Shown here: positions 21,093 to 31,136 of the stretch, one piece after another
Layout of the letters: each line of letters starts with the position of its first letter
Numbering within the stretch: position 1 is the first letter of the stretch
Position numbers and translations under genes: made by a program
DNA from: Candidatus Endomicrobiellum pyrsonymphae
Lineage (GTDB): Bacteria; Elusimicrobiota; Endomicrobiia; Endomicrobiales; Endomicrobiaceae
Direction of reading: 5' to 3'
NCBI GenBank assembly: GCA_020328045.1
Contig: JAIXMY010000001.1
Location: 1 to 42,587, forward strand
DNA: 42,587 bases
Notes under the pieces: generated by a model
Seen by the model: only the letters and a program-made list of their open reading frames with translations
Told to the model about the DNA's origin: nothing
Databases searched by the model: none

Positions 21093-21625
21093 ACATACGT
21101 ACCTAAAATTCTTTGCCACTCACTTTTTGCTTTTACAATCTTTTCTATTATTTCTCTTACTGCACCTTCCCCACCATTAAAAGAAGAAATATAATTGACA
21201 CAGTTCTTTACATCTTCGCAAGCATCCTTGGGGCACGCAGAAAACCCTACGGCTTTTAAAGCGGCAATATCTATTATGTCATCGCCTATATACGCAACTT
21301 CAGACATATCAAATCCGTTTTCTTTAGATATTTTGTCCAAGGCTTCTTTTTTGCTTGAGCAATTTGAAACAAGATAATCAATCTTAAGATCCTTCACGCG
21401 TTTTTCAGCTTGCCGAGACTGCCGACCTGTTATCCATGCGGTTTTAATTCTAGGAGATGTTTTCGAAAGAATGCTAAACCCCATGCCATCTTTAACGTTC
21501 CATATTTTTATTTCTTCTCCATCGTTGAAAATTGTTATTTCACCGCGAGTTAAAACGCCATCAATATCGCAGGCTAAGAGCTTAATATTTTTTGCTTTGT
21601 TTATTATATTTTGACTACTTATCAC
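21086..21625 (-). CDS. kdsC: KDO-8-phosphate phosphatase
   Basis: LLACDIDGVLT, NVKDGMG, ITGR, YIGDDIID, GGEGAVRE. Confidence 0.93.
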   Translation of the reverse strand: MISSQNIINKAKNIKLLACDIDGVLTRGEITIFNDGEEIKIWNVKDGMGFSILSKTSPRIKTAWITGRQSRQAEKRVKDLKIDYLVSNCSSKKEALDKISKENGFDMSEVAYIGDDIIDIAALKAVGFSACPKDACEDVKNCVNYISSFNGGEGAVREIIEKIVKAKSEWQRILGTYVC

Positions 21626-21691
21626 TTTAGCGCCACCTTCGTACTAGTATTTCCTGAAAGACACGGAGTAAGGGTAGGATCTCAATTTCCC

Positions 21692-21898
21692 TCAAGTATG
21701 GAGACAGACAGCACTAAGCTCAATAAAAAACACAATTGCTAATGATACAAGAACTATTGTCGCAGTTTTTAAATACCATTCATACGTCGGTTTATATAAA
21801 ACATTGCTTTCTTTGTGTTTTAAAGTTTTCTTTTCATCTTTTTGTTCAACTGCTTCAGGATAGTTCTTATTGAAGTTTTTTGGTTGTTTAACTTTCAT
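21692..21898 (-). CDS. Small hypothetical membrane protein, possibly frameshifted
   Basis: ATGA overlap with kdsA stop; one TM segment; another frame continues to a TGA overlapping the kdsC GTG. Confidence 0.45.
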   Translation of the reverse strand: MKVKQPKNFNKNYPEAVEQKDEKKTLKHKESNVLYKPTYEWYLKTATIVLVSLAIVFFIELSAVCLHT

Positions 21899-22731
21899 TT
21901 AATTACCTCATCTATGGCTTTAATATTTTTAAGCATTCGCTTAAAAGATATTAAATCAAGACTATTTGCTCCATCCGAAAGGGCTTTTTCAGGGTTTTCA
22001 TGAACTTCAAGAAATAACGCCGCAACACCCACAGCCGTCGCCGCTTTTGAAAGAGGAGCAATAAATTCTCTATTTCCACCACTATATGCGCCGTGTCCAC
22101 CGGGAAGCTGAACACTGTGCGTTGCATCAAAAATTACAGGATATCCGCTTTGTTTCATGATTTCCAAACCCCTAAAATCTACAACAAGATTGTGATATCC
22201 AAAAGATGCGCCTCTTTCTGTGAGGGACAAGTTTTTATTACCAAAAGTTTCAGCTTTTTTTATGACATTAAACATATCTTCCGGAGCTAAAAATTGCCCC
22301 TTTTTAATATTTATAGGTTTCCCTGTAAGAGCGCACGCTTTTATTAAATCAGTCTGACGAGACAAAAACGCCGGCACCTGCAAAAAATCTACAATTTTTG
22401 CAGCTTTAGAAACTTGGTACTCAGCATGTACATCCGTAGTAATAGGTAACTTCAATTCTTTTTTTATTCTTGCAAGAATTCTAAGACCTTCATCTATTCC
22501 GGGTCCTCTGTAGGAACAACCTGACGAACGATTAGCTTTATCGTAAGAAGCTTTAAAAATAAAAGGAATTTTTAGCTTTGATGTTATTTTTTTCAAACTT
22601 GCAGCCAAAGTAAATGCATGTTTTTCACTTTCAATAACGCACGGTCCCGCTATAACAACAAAAGGCCTATCATTTGCAAGAACAACATTTCTACCAATTT
22701 CTATACGCTTATTTTGCATTATCTTTTCCAT
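21895..22731 (-). CDS. kdsA: KDO-8-phosphate synthase
   Basis: IAGPCVIES, KASYDKANRSS, PAFLSRQTDL, KKGQFL, DATHSVQ. Confidence 0.97.
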   Translation of the reverse strand: MEKIMQNKRIEIGRNVVLANDRPFVVIAGPCVIESEKHAFTLAASLKKITSKLKIPFIFKASYDKANRSSGCSYRGPGIDEGLRILARIKKELKLPITTDVHAEYQVSKAAKIVDFLQVPAFLSRQTDLIKACALTGKPINIKKGQFLAPEDMFNVIKKAETFGNKNLSLTERGASFGYHNLVVDFRGLEIMKQSGYPVIFDATHSVQLPGGHGAYSGGNREFIAPLSKAATAVGVAALFLEVHENPEKALSDGANSLDLISFKRMLKNIKAIDEVIK

Positions 22732-22733
22732 TA

Positions 22734-23456
22734 CTACAAATACTTTTCAACTTTTAAAATATCTGACGGCATATCAACACCAATGGAATCATGCTTTGCA
22801 ACAACAATTTTTATTCTTTTACCATTCTCTAAAGCCCTCAACTGCTCAAGATTTTCAGCCTTTTCTAAAGATGACATTTTACTTTTTGAAAATTCCAACA
22901 AAAAATTTCTTTTATATCCGTATATCCCCATATGCTTATAATATTTTATTTTTGAATTATCTTCGTTGTACGGAATCGCAAATCTTGAAAAATACAAGGC
23001 ATATCCATCTTTATCAAAAACAACCTTAACTACATTTGGATTATTGATAACGCTTTCTTCTTTTAATGGAAAAGCTGCAGTTATGTATTCTAGAGATTTC
23101 GTCTTTTTGAGAGAAACAGCAAGTTCATCAACAAGTTTCGGATCTATTAAAGGCTCGTCGCCTTGAACATTAATAAAATTATCGTAATTTTTTAAAAATC
23201 TTAGCGCTGTAAAAGCAATTCTGTCTGTACCACTTTTACATTTATCAGGAGTCATAAATACATTAAATCCAAGTTTTTGGACAGCATCATATATACGTTT
23301 ATCATCCGTCGCAACAGCTACAAAATCAACTTCTTTACATCGTTTTACTCTCTCTACAGTACGCTGCACAAGGGGCTTTCCTTTTATTAATTCCAAAGGT
23401 TTACCCGGGAAACGACTGGAACCATATCTTGACGGTATAATTACGGCTGTCTTCAT
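22734..23456 (-). CDS. kdsB: CMP-KDO synthetase
   Basis: IIPSRYGSSRFPGKPL, SGTDR, NVQGDEP, ALYFSR, LEQLRALE. Confidence 0.96.
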   Translation of the reverse strand: MKTAVIIPSRYGSSRFPGKPLELIKGKPLVQRTVERVKRCKEVDFVAVATDDKRIYDAVQKLGFNVFMTPDKCKSGTDRIAFTALRFLKNYDNFINVQGDEPLIDPKLVDELAVSLKKTKSLEYITAAFPLKEESVINNPNVVKVVFDKDGYALYFSRFAIPYNEDNSKIKYYKHMGIYGYKRNFLLEFSKSKMSSLEKAENLEQLRALENGKRIKIVVAKHDSIGVDMPSDILKVEKYL

Positions 23457-24436
23457 TTTCCGCGGAACTCCTTTATCGTTTTTTCTAATTCTTGAAAATT
23501 TGTTGTGGCGGTACCAAGTTTACCGACTACTATCCCAGCCGCAAAATTTGCTATTTCGGCTGCGCTTAGCAAATCAGACTTAGCAGCTAGTGCTAAAGTC
23601 AGAGTGGAAATAACCGTATCTCCTGCCCCTGTAACATCATAAACTTCCTTTGCTCTTGTAGGGATACTCGTAATTTTATTATTAGGCTGAATAAGCGTCA
23701 TACCTTTTTCGCCGCGCGTTATAAGCACAGATTCTGAATTCAATGTTTTAAGGATTTTCTTACCCAAAACGACTATATCTTCGTCAGTTCTAATATTTTT
23801 TGCGTTCATTCCCTCTATAACTTCTCTTTCGTTGGGTGTCATCGTTGTTATCTTTTTATATTTTTTGAAATGATATATCTTAGGATCTACGGTAACAGGG
23901 ATTTTATGTTTTTTTGCAAGGGAAATTATCTTTTTAAGAACTGTAGGACTTATAACGCCTTTTCCATAATCTGAAATTATAACAGCATTGACCTGAGGAA
24001 TAATTTTTTCCATATTTGTCAAGACCTTTGATTCGGTATGATGGTCAAAAAATCCTTTTATCTCTTTATCTACTCTTACAAGCTGCTGACTCGCTGCAAT
24101 AATTCTTGTCTTTACGATTGTAGGTCTGTTAGCATCGTAAACCAAACAATCATAATTAATCCCTTTTTCTTCAAGCATCTCTGCTAAAGATTTACCTGTT
24201 ATATCTTTGCCTATTACGCTTACAACATAGGCTTTACCACCTAAAGACGTTATATTATTTGCAACATTTGCAGCTCCGCCAAGCATCTCTGTTTCTCTTG
24301 TAACCTCTACTACTGGAACAGGCGCTTCGGGCGAAATTCTATTTACTTTTCCCCATATAAATCTGTCTATCATCGCATCGCCGACAACCAAAATAGTTTG
24401 CTTTTTAAACGAAGATATTAATTTTAAAAGATTCAT
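23453..24436 (-). CDS. rfaE1: D-glycero-D-manno-heptose-7-phosphate kinase (RfaE domain I)
   Basis: RISPEAPVPVV, GGAANVA, SDYGKG, DVTGAGDTV, VVGKLGT; no fused adenylyltransferase domain. Confidence 0.92.
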   Translation of the reverse strand: MNLLKLISSFKKQTILVVGDAMIDRFIWGKVNRISPEAPVPVVEVTRETEMLGGAANVANNITSLGGKAYVVSVIGKDITGKSLAEMLEEKGINYDCLVYDANRPTIVKTRIIAASQQLVRVDKEIKGFFDHHTESKVLTNMEKIIPQVNAVIISDYGKGVISPTVLKKIISLAKKHKIPVTVDPKIYHFKKYKKITTMTPNEREVIEGMNAKNIRTDEDIVVLGKKILKTLNSESVLITRGEKGMTLIQPNNKITSIPTRAKEVYDVTGAGDTVISTLTLALAAKSDLLSAAEIANFAAGIVVGKLGTATTNFQELEKTIKEFRGK

Positions 24437-24473
24437 AGTTGCTCCAAAGGATTATACAAATTTTACATTATAA

Positions 24474-25436
24474 CTATAGATAAGATTTATTTTTTAGATA
24501 AAAACAATAATCTTTTACAGAATCTTCAAGCTCCATAAAAGACTTGTTATATCCAGCTTTTTTAAGATTGTCCATCTTTGCCTGTGTGAAATACTGATAT
24601 TTCTGTTTTAAAAAATCAGGCATATCGATATATTCTATGTTCTCTTTTTTGCCAACTGCTGCAAACATAGATTTCGCTATATCATTCCAAGTCCTCGATT
24701 TACCCGTACCAAGATTAAACATACCTGTTTTAGAAGGATTTTTAAACAAAAAATACATAGCGTTGATAGCGTCTTTTACGTATATAAAATCTCTGCGCTG
24801 TCCACCGTCGGAATAATTTTCATTATAAGATTTAAACAGCTTTATAAGGCCATTATCTGCAACTTCGTCATAACTTTTACAAACTACGCTGCGCATATCG
24901 CCTTTATGATATTCGTTAGGACCAAAAACATTAAAAAATTTTATACCTGCGACCTTGTTAATGTAATTATTGTTCAACAACCACAAATCGAACATATGTT
25001 TAGAAAAACCATACATATTTAACGGTGATAAATTTATCAGTTTTGATATATCATCGTCATATCCAACCTCGCTGTCGCCATACGTTGCGGCAGAGGATGC
25101 ATAAATAAAGGGAATGCTCAACTCAAACGCCCACAGGGCAAGAATTTTAGAATATTCATAATTATTTTTTATATAGTAAGTTGCATCAGTAAAGATTGTG
25201 GAACTACATGCGCCCAGATGCACAATAGCATGGGGCTTTGGGACTCGTCTGCTTATGACAGCATTAAAAAAAGCACCCTTTTGTATATAATCGTAATAAC
25301 TTTTACCTACTAAATTCTTCCATTTTTCGCTATCATCCAAATGATCTACAACTAAAACGTCTTTTATGCCTTCTTGGTTTAACTTCCACAGAAAACAACT
25401 ACCTACAAAACCTGCTCCACCGGTTAAGATTATCAT
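24474..25436 (-). CDS. hldD: ADP-L-glycero-D-manno-heptose 6-epimerase
   Basis: TGGAGFVGS, HLGACSST, YASSAATYG, PLNMYGFSK, FNVFGPNEYHKG, YQYFTQA. Confidence 0.95.
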   Translation of the reverse strand: MIILTGGAGFVGSCFLWKLNQEGIKDVLVVDHLDDSEKWKNLVGKSYYDYIQKGAFFNAVISRRVPKPHAIVHLGACSSTIFTDATYYIKNNYEYSKILALWAFELSIPFIYASSAATYGDSEVGYDDDISKLINLSPLNMYGFSKHMFDLWLLNNNYINKVAGIKFFNVFGPNEYHKGDMRSVVCKSYDEVADNGLIKLFKSYNENYSDGGQRRDFIYVKDAINAMYFLFKNPSKTGMFNLGTGKSRTWNDIAKSMFAAVGKKENIEYIDMPDFLKQKYQYFTQAKMDNLKKAGYNKSFMELEDSVKDYCFYLKNKSYL

Positions 25437-25473
25437 AGGAACCTCTTATATTTTCGACACGCCTCGAGGACAT

Positions 25474-25503
25474 ATTGTATAAAAAGATACTCTTACCTGT
25501 CAA
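25474..25503 (-). promoter_or_regulatory. Sigma70-type promoter for the hldD-led LPS operon
   Basis: Minus strand TTGACA (25503-25498), 18 nt, TACAAT (25479-25474). Confidence 0.7.
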
Positions 25504-25532
25504 TGAAATGTAATATCTTGAGAGTCGCGGCA

Positions 25533-25562
25533 TTGCCGTTCCCTTCAATTATGTGGTACAAT
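25533..25562 (+). promoter_or_regulatory. Sigma70-type promoter for lepA
   Basis: TTGCCG, 18 nt, TACAAT with extended -10 TG. Confidence 0.6.
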
Positions 25563-25579
25563 GATGAGGCACGCATTAA

Positions 25580-27382
25580 ATGAGGAAGAATGTAATGTCT
25601 AATATAAGAAATTTTTGTATCATAGCACACATAGATCACGGTAAAAGTACACTTGCTGACAGATTGCTTGAATACACCGGAACAATTTCCCGCAGAGAAA
25701 TGAAAGAACAGATTCTTGATGGTATGGAGCTTGAAAGAGAAAGAGGAATAACAATAAAAGCCAAAGCTGTAAGAATGAATTATACTGCTAAAAACGGCGA
25801 GAAATATGTTTTAAATTTAATTGACACTCCGGGTCATGTGGATTTTACCTATGAAGTTTCAAGAGCTCTTGCAGCATGCGAGGGGGCGATTTTAGTTGTA
25901 GACGCTACTCAGGGTGTAGAAGCTCAGACTCTTGCAAATACAATGCTTGCAAAAAATGCAAAACTCAAGATAGTGCCTGTAATAAATAAAATAGATTTAC
26001 CTACTGCCGATATAGATAGTGCTTATGAACAAATAAAAGAAGGTCTTGATGTTGACGCAGAGCCTATCCTCGCAAGCGCTAAAGAAGGTATAGGTATTGG
26101 TGAAATAGTCGGTTCTATAATTGCAAATATTCCTCCTGCAATAGTTGTAAAAGAAGAGTCGTTATCAGCTTTAATTTTTGATTCATTTTATGATTCTTAT
26201 CGCGGTGTTATAGTCATTATAAGGGTGTTTGACGGTAGAATTTGTAAAAATATGAAAATAAAATTTGTGGCATCAGGCGTAGAACATGAAGTGCTTGAAG
26301 TTGGATATATGAAAATAAAAATGGTTGAGTCCGATGAGCTTTCTTCAGGAGATGTAGGCTATGTTGTAGCTGGCATAAAAGATATAAGGGATATAAAAAT
26401 TGGCGATACAATTACCGAAAGTATAAACCCGACAAAACATCCTCACGAAGGGTACAAAGAAATAAATCCTTTTGTTTTTGCAGGTCTTTATCCAAATAGT
26501 ACATCTGAGTATGACGGTTTAAAAATGGCTTTAGAAAAATTAAAACTTTCAGATTCATCTCTTGTTTATTTTCCTGAAACTTCGGTAGCTTTGGGATTTG
26601 GTTTCAGATGTGGATTTTTGGGATCTTTGCATTTGGAAATAGTTAAAGAAAGACTCGAAAGAGAGTTTGGTTTAAATCTCTTGGTTACGGCTCCAAACGT
26701 TGTATATAAGGTAAAAACTAGAGACTCAATTACAACGATAGATAATCCTGCAAGATTTCCAAACAACGCAGATATTGAAGAAATTTGGGAACCTTACGTT
26801 AAGGCAACTATAATTTGCCCGATTGATTATTTAGGAGCTATGCTTGAGCTGTGCCAAAAAAGAAGAGGCAAGCAGATATCGATGAGATACATGAATACTA
26901 AAATAACTATATTAAAATATCATATGCCTCTTGCTGAAATTATCGTAGGTTTCTATGATGCTCTAAAATCAGTTTCCAAAGGATATGCTTCTTTTGATTA
27001 CGAGCATGTAGAACATCAACAGGGAGATTTGGTCAAACTGGAAATTATGATAAATGCGGAAGTTGTTGATGCTTTTACGATTATTGCTCACAAAGATAAA
27101 ATCCAGACTGTCGCCCATTATCTTACTGAAAAACTTAGAAGTATTATACCAAGACACATGTTTGAAATTCCTATACAGGCAAAAGTGAACAATAAAATAG
27201 TCGCGAGAGAAACAATATCTGCAATGCGTAAAGACGTTCTTGCAAAATGTTACGGTGGCGATATATCAAGAAAGCGCAAACTTCTTGAGAAGCAAAAAGA
27301 AGGCAAGCGTAAGATGCGACAGTTTGGGAGGGTAGAGATTCCGCCGGATGCATTTGTTGCTGTTCTTGGGATAGACGATTAA
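25580..27382 (+). CDS. lepA: Elongation factor 4
   Basis: IRNFCIIAHIDHGKSTLADR, DTPGHVDF, GFRCGFLG.LH, KCYGGDISRKRKLLEKQKEGK. Confidence 0.98.
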   Translation: MRKNVMSNIRNFCIIAHIDHGKSTLADRLLEYTGTISRREMKEQILDGMELERERGITIKAKAVRMNYTAKNGEKYVLNLIDTPGHVDFTYEVSRALAACEGAILVVDATQGVEAQTLANTMLAKNAKLKIVPVINKIDLPTADIDSAYEQIKEGLDVDAEPILASAKEGIGIGEIVGSIIANIPPAIVVKEESLSALIFDSFYDSYRGVIVIIRVFDGRICKNMKIKFVASGVEHEVLEVGYMKIKMVESDELSSGDVGYVVAGIKDIRDIKIGDTITESINPTKHPHEGYKEINPFVFAGLYPNSTSEYDGLKMALEKLKLSDSSLVYFPETSVALGFGFRCGFLGSLHLEIVKERLEREFGLNLLVTAPNVVYKVKTRDSITTIDNPARFPNNADIEEIWEPYVKATIICPIDYLGAMLELCQKRRGKQISMRYMNTKITILKYHMPLAEIIVGFYDALKSVSKGYASFDYEHVEHQQGDLVKLEIMINAEVVDAFTIIAHKDKIQTVAHYLTEKLRSIIPRHMFEIPIQAKVNNKIVARETISAMRKDVLAKCYGGDISRKRKLLEKQKEGKRKMRQFGRVEIPPDAFVAVLGIDD

Positions 27383-27571
27383 TTGATTATTTTTTGTTCT
27401 TATATGCTACACTCCACTGCAGAGTATATTCTAACTGCGAGATAGTGTGTTTATGTGTTACTAAGTTAATTCAAAAATTCGTGCTAGAAGTGCATTTTAT
27501 TTGTTGTTGTCAGTCCTTGAGGAAAGAAAATCTCCAAAGGATTTATAAAATATCAAAAGAGGCGTATTCCT

Positions 27572-28369
27572 ATGAAGTTTCACCTTTTTTCTCATTTTTT
27601 TTCTCGTTTCTCCTTGGAGTTTTATCTTTTTTTTGCAGGATGTATTCTTTTTGTAATAGCTGTGATAATGCTGGCTACAAAAAAATATTTTAAAACCGAG
27701 ACATCCGAAAAATTATTTGAAAACGTTTATTCATGGGTCGCCACAGGTTGGACAGTGCTTATAATAGCGTCTTTCATTATGTTTTTCTTTGTTCAAGCTT
27801 TTAAAATCCCGTCAGGTAGTATGAGAAACACTCTTTTAGAGGGCGATCGGCTTTTTGTAAATAAATTGATTTACGGCTTTAAAATTCCGTTTACAAGTGA
27901 TGGAAGGCGTTATACGCCTTTCCGAAATGTAAGTCGTGGAGATATAGTTGTCTTTCAGTGTCCTCCTGAAGCTTTAACGATTTCTGAAAGGGAAAAAGGC
28001 ATAACGAAAGATTTCATAAAAAGGTGTGTGGCAGTGGCAGGTGATAAAGTGGAAATAAAAGATAAAGAACTTTTCGTAAATGACGTTTGCATTAGAGATC
28101 CTCGTGCGGTTTTTAACGACTCCACAATTCGACAAAGTTTCGATTTGTTTGCAAGCAACAAAGATTATCAAGAATATTGGGAAAAAGGCAGATTTACATC
28201 TATACCGGCTGTAAGAGATAATTTCGGACCTGTAATTGTTCCCAAAGGGCATTATATGATGATGGGCGATAATAGAGATTTTTCTTTTGATTCTCGTTTT
28301 TGGGGACCTTTGCCTGACAAGTACGTGAAAGGTAAAGCGTTGTTGCTATATTGGCGGAGGATTATATGA
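27572..28369 (+). CDS. lepB: Signal peptidase I
   Basis: QAFKIPSGSM, DFIKRCVA, MGDNRDFSFDSRFWG. Confidence 0.95.
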   Translation: MKFHLFSHFFSRFSLEFYLFFAGCILFVIAVIMLATKKYFKTETSEKLFENVYSWVATGWTVLIIASFIMFFFVQAFKIPSGSMRNTLLEGDRLFVNKLIYGFKIPFTSDGRRYTPFRNVSRGDIVVFQCPPEALTISEREKGITKDFIKRCVAVAGDKVEIKDKELFVNDVCIRDPRAVFNDSTIRQSFDLFASNKDYQEYWEKGRFTSIPAVRDNFGPVIVPKGHYMMMGDNRDFSFDSRFWGPLPDKYVKGKALLLYWRRII

Positions 28370-28794
28370 CATGGATTGCTTGGATTGTGATTGCAGTTGT
28401 TCTAATAATTTTTGAAATAGCGACGACATCGATTTTTTTCTTTATCTGTCTTGCTATAGGCTCGGCTTTTGCGGCAGTAGTATCTTGTTTTACTGATTCG
28501 AGTTTGTTGCAATTTACGATTTTTTTAATTATTTCTATTTCAGCTTTGTATCTTGTAAAACCAATCTTTAAAAGGATGATAAGCAAAGCTAAAACTGTCA
28601 GCTCAAATGTAGATGCTCTTATTGGGGCAGAAGCTATAGTTACAGGAAAGATAATGCCTTTAAAGTCGGGTTTCGTAAAAGTTTCAAGTGAGATATGGAG
28701 AGCTGAATCTGATGTTGATATTGAAATCGGTGAAGTGGTAACAATAAAAAAAGTAAGCGGAACGATGCTTATTGTTGAAAAAATAGGGGGATAA
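28366..28794 (+). CDS. NfeD-family (YbbJ-like) membrane protein
   Basis: Hydrophobic N-terminus, SNVDALIGAEAIV, G.VKV.SEIWRA OB-fold; GGAGG RBS and ATGA overlap at 28366. Confidence 0.88.
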   Translation: MTWIAWIVIAVVLIIFEIATTSIFFFICLAIGSAFAAVVSCFTDSSLLQFTIFLIISISALYLVKPIFKRMISKAKTVSSNVDALIGAEAIVTGKIMPLKSGFVKVSSEIWRAESDVDIEIGEVVTIKKVSGTMLIVEKIGG

Positions 28795-28795
28795 T

Positions 28796-29722
28796 ATGTC
28801 TATTCTTTTTGTTGTCGTAGTTTTAGTTTTTGTGGTTATTTTTGTGGCAAGCTCTATAAAAATAATAAGACAGTATGAAAAAGGACTTGTTGAAACTTTA
28901 GGTAAGTATACAGGCACGAGAGGCTCGGGCGCAAATATTATAATTCCTATGTTTCAAAGAATGGTACTTGTTGATATGAGAGAGCGCGTTATAGATGTTC
29001 CACCACAGAGTGTTATTACGAAAGATAACGTTTCTGTAGTTGTTGATGCTATAATTTATTTTCAGGTTACAGATCCAGTGAAAGTTGTTTACAACATCGA
29101 GAATTTTGCGCTTGCAGCTTTAAAACTTGCACAGACAAATTTAAGAAATGTAATCGGAGATATGGAGTTAGACAGTACGCTTACATCCAGAGAAAAAATC
29201 AATACGCAATTAAGGGTTGTAATGGATGAAGCTACGGATAAATGGGGTGTAAAAGTTACAAAACTTGAAATACAAAAAATCGATCCGCCAAGAGATATCA
29301 CGGATGCTATGTCAAAGCAGATGAAAGCCGAAAGAGAAAAAAGAGCAAATATTTTGGAAGCGGAGGGTTTAAGGCAAGCTGCAATTCTTAAGGCTGAAGG
29401 CGAAAAGCAGGCTGTAATTCTCGATGCAGAAGCTGTGAAAGAAAAACAAGTTTTAGAAGCTACGGGCGAAGCCGAAGCAATAAAACAGGTTGCCGAAGCG
29501 GAAAAATATAAAATCGAGGTGGTTTATAATGCTATACACGAAGGTAAGCCTACGAATGATCTTCTCGCCATTAAGTATCTTGAAACGCTTGGAAAAGTTG
29601 CAGACGGTCAAGCAACAAAAATTTTCTTACCGTTAGAAACTGCCGGTGTTACAGCGTCAATAGGTGGGATAGCCGAACTTTTTAAAGACAATACAAAATT
29701 ATCAAAATCGGTCCCTAAATAA
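28796..29722 (+). CDS. SPFH/band-7 (QmcA-like) protein
   Basis: VDMRE..IDVPPQSVITKDN, AQTNLRNVIG, QMKAEREKRA; paired with NfeD. Confidence 0.93.
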   Translation: MSILFVVVVLVFVVIFVASSIKIIRQYEKGLVETLGKYTGTRGSGANIIIPMFQRMVLVDMRERVIDVPPQSVITKDNVSVVVDAIIYFQVTDPVKVVYNIENFALAALKLAQTNLRNVIGDMELDSTLTSREKINTQLRVVMDEATDKWGVKVTKLEIQKIDPPRDITDAMSKQMKAEREKRANILEAEGLRQAAILKAEGEKQAVILDAEAVKEKQVLEATGEAEAIKQVAEAEKYKIEVVYNAIHEGKPTNDLLAIKYLETLGKVADGQATKIFLPLETAGVTASIGGIAELFKDNTKLSKSVPK

Positions 29723-29880
29723 ATTTTATCAGTTGTAGTTGTTTCTTTCTTATCTTTTTTAATTTCTCTTTCTCTGAAAAGGATGGCGATATCTTTGGCA
29801 TTGACAGGGTATGCGTTGTTAGCGTCGGGAGTTACCTCTCATAGTAAAATGCTTTTTATGTATTTTGCAAGTAATAAAAT

Positions 29881-30993
29881 ATGTTAGGTTTATATATTCA
29901 CATTCCATTTTGTAAACAAAAATGTTATTACTGCGATTTTTTCTCGGTAAAATATGACGTTGTTTTAGTTAATAAATACGTTGACGCTTTAATAAAACAT
30001 GCGAGTCAATTTAGGAACCAAAAAATAAATTCGATATATATTGGCGGTGGTACCCCATCTGTTTTATCCTTAAAACAACTCGAAAAACTTTTGCAGACAT
30101 TAAATAATATTTTTGATTTATCAGAAGTTCGCGAATTTACATTTGAATTAAATCCCGAATCCACATCAAAAGAAAAACTCCGTCTTCTCAAAAACTTTGG
30201 AATAAATAGATTAAGTATAGGTTTACAGTCTGTCGAAGATAACTCGCTTAAATTTTTGGGAAGAATACACGATTTTCAAACTTTCTGTAATATATATGAC
30301 ATAGCTAGAAAGGAAAGTTTTAATAATATCAATATTGATTTGATATACGGACTTTCAAATCAAACGGTAAAAGAATGGGAAAGAGACTTAAAAAGAGCTT
30401 TGCTTTTTAATAGTGAGCATTTATCGCTTTATCCTTTGTCAATTGAAGAGGGTACGCCTTTTTATTTAAACAGTGTTACTATAAACGACAATATTCAAAG
30501 AGATATGTATGATAAAGCCGTAGAAGTTTTAGCTAGTAATGGTTATGCTCACTACGAAATTTCAAACTGGACTAAACGAAGCAGAGAATCTTTTCACAAT
30601 TCAAATTATTGGCGTAATTTTGAATATATAGGACTTGGTGCAGGCGCTGCAGGATATTTGAGAAAGATAAGATATAAAAATATCGATGATATAGAAAAAT
30701 ATATTGCAGTATGTTCGTTATTGAAAGATGTGCAAAGTAGATGCGGTAATATATCTTCGTTAGAAATGGAATCGGAATATATAGGCGATGAACTTTATAA
30801 AACAGAAAAAATTATACTAGGACTAAGACTTTTAAACGAAGGTATAGACGTGAATTGTTTCAATAGTTCAGAACATCAAACCGTACTTTTAGAATGTTTA
30901 AAAGATAAAACACTAGAACAAGATAACGATGCAATAAAACTTTCCAAAGAATTTATATTTGTATTTAATCAAATTGTTTCAAAATTTATGTAA
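29881..30993 (+). CDS. hemW: Radical SAM heme chaperone HemW (HemN-like)
   Basis: LYIHIPFCKQKCYYCDF, YIGGGTPS, HYEISNW, HNSNYW. Confidence 0.88.
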   Translation: MLGLYIHIPFCKQKCYYCDFFSVKYDVVLVNKYVDALIKHASQFRNQKINSIYIGGGTPSVLSLKQLEKLLQTLNNIFDLSEVREFTFELNPESTSKEKLRLLKNFGINRLSIGLQSVEDNSLKFLGRIHDFQTFCNIYDIARKESFNNINIDLIYGLSNQTVKEWERDLKRALLFNSEHLSLYPLSIEEGTPFYLNSVTINDNIQRDMYDKAVEVLASNGYAHYEISNWTKRSRESFHNSNYWRNFEYIGLGAGAAGYLRKIRYKNIDDIEKYIAVCSLLKDVQSRCGNISSLEMESEYIGDELYKTEKIILGLRLLNEGIDVNCFNSSEHQTVLLECLKDKTLEQDNDAIKLSKEFIFVFNQIVSKFM

Positions 30994-31047
30994 CACGTCC
31001 TACTAAATCATTTAAAAGAAACATCGAAAAAAAGGGAAAGAAAAAAA

Positions 31048-31077
31048 TTGTCAAGACTAATCAATAAATTATATAAT
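31048..31077 (+). promoter_or_regulatory. Sigma70-type promoter for secA
   Basis: TTGTCA, 18 nt, TATAAT. Confidence 0.6.
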
Positions 31078-31136
31078 CAACCAGTCAAAATAACAGATAT
31101 AAATTAATACTCCATAATGAACAAGGATGGTTAAAC

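Noticed and set aside
25437-25579. oriC at the divergence point
   Set aside because: No DnaA boxes or trio tract; explained by two back-to-back promoters
27394-27693. 99-aa ORF between lepA and lepB
   Set aside because: Overlaps lepB out of frame, weak TTG start, no motif
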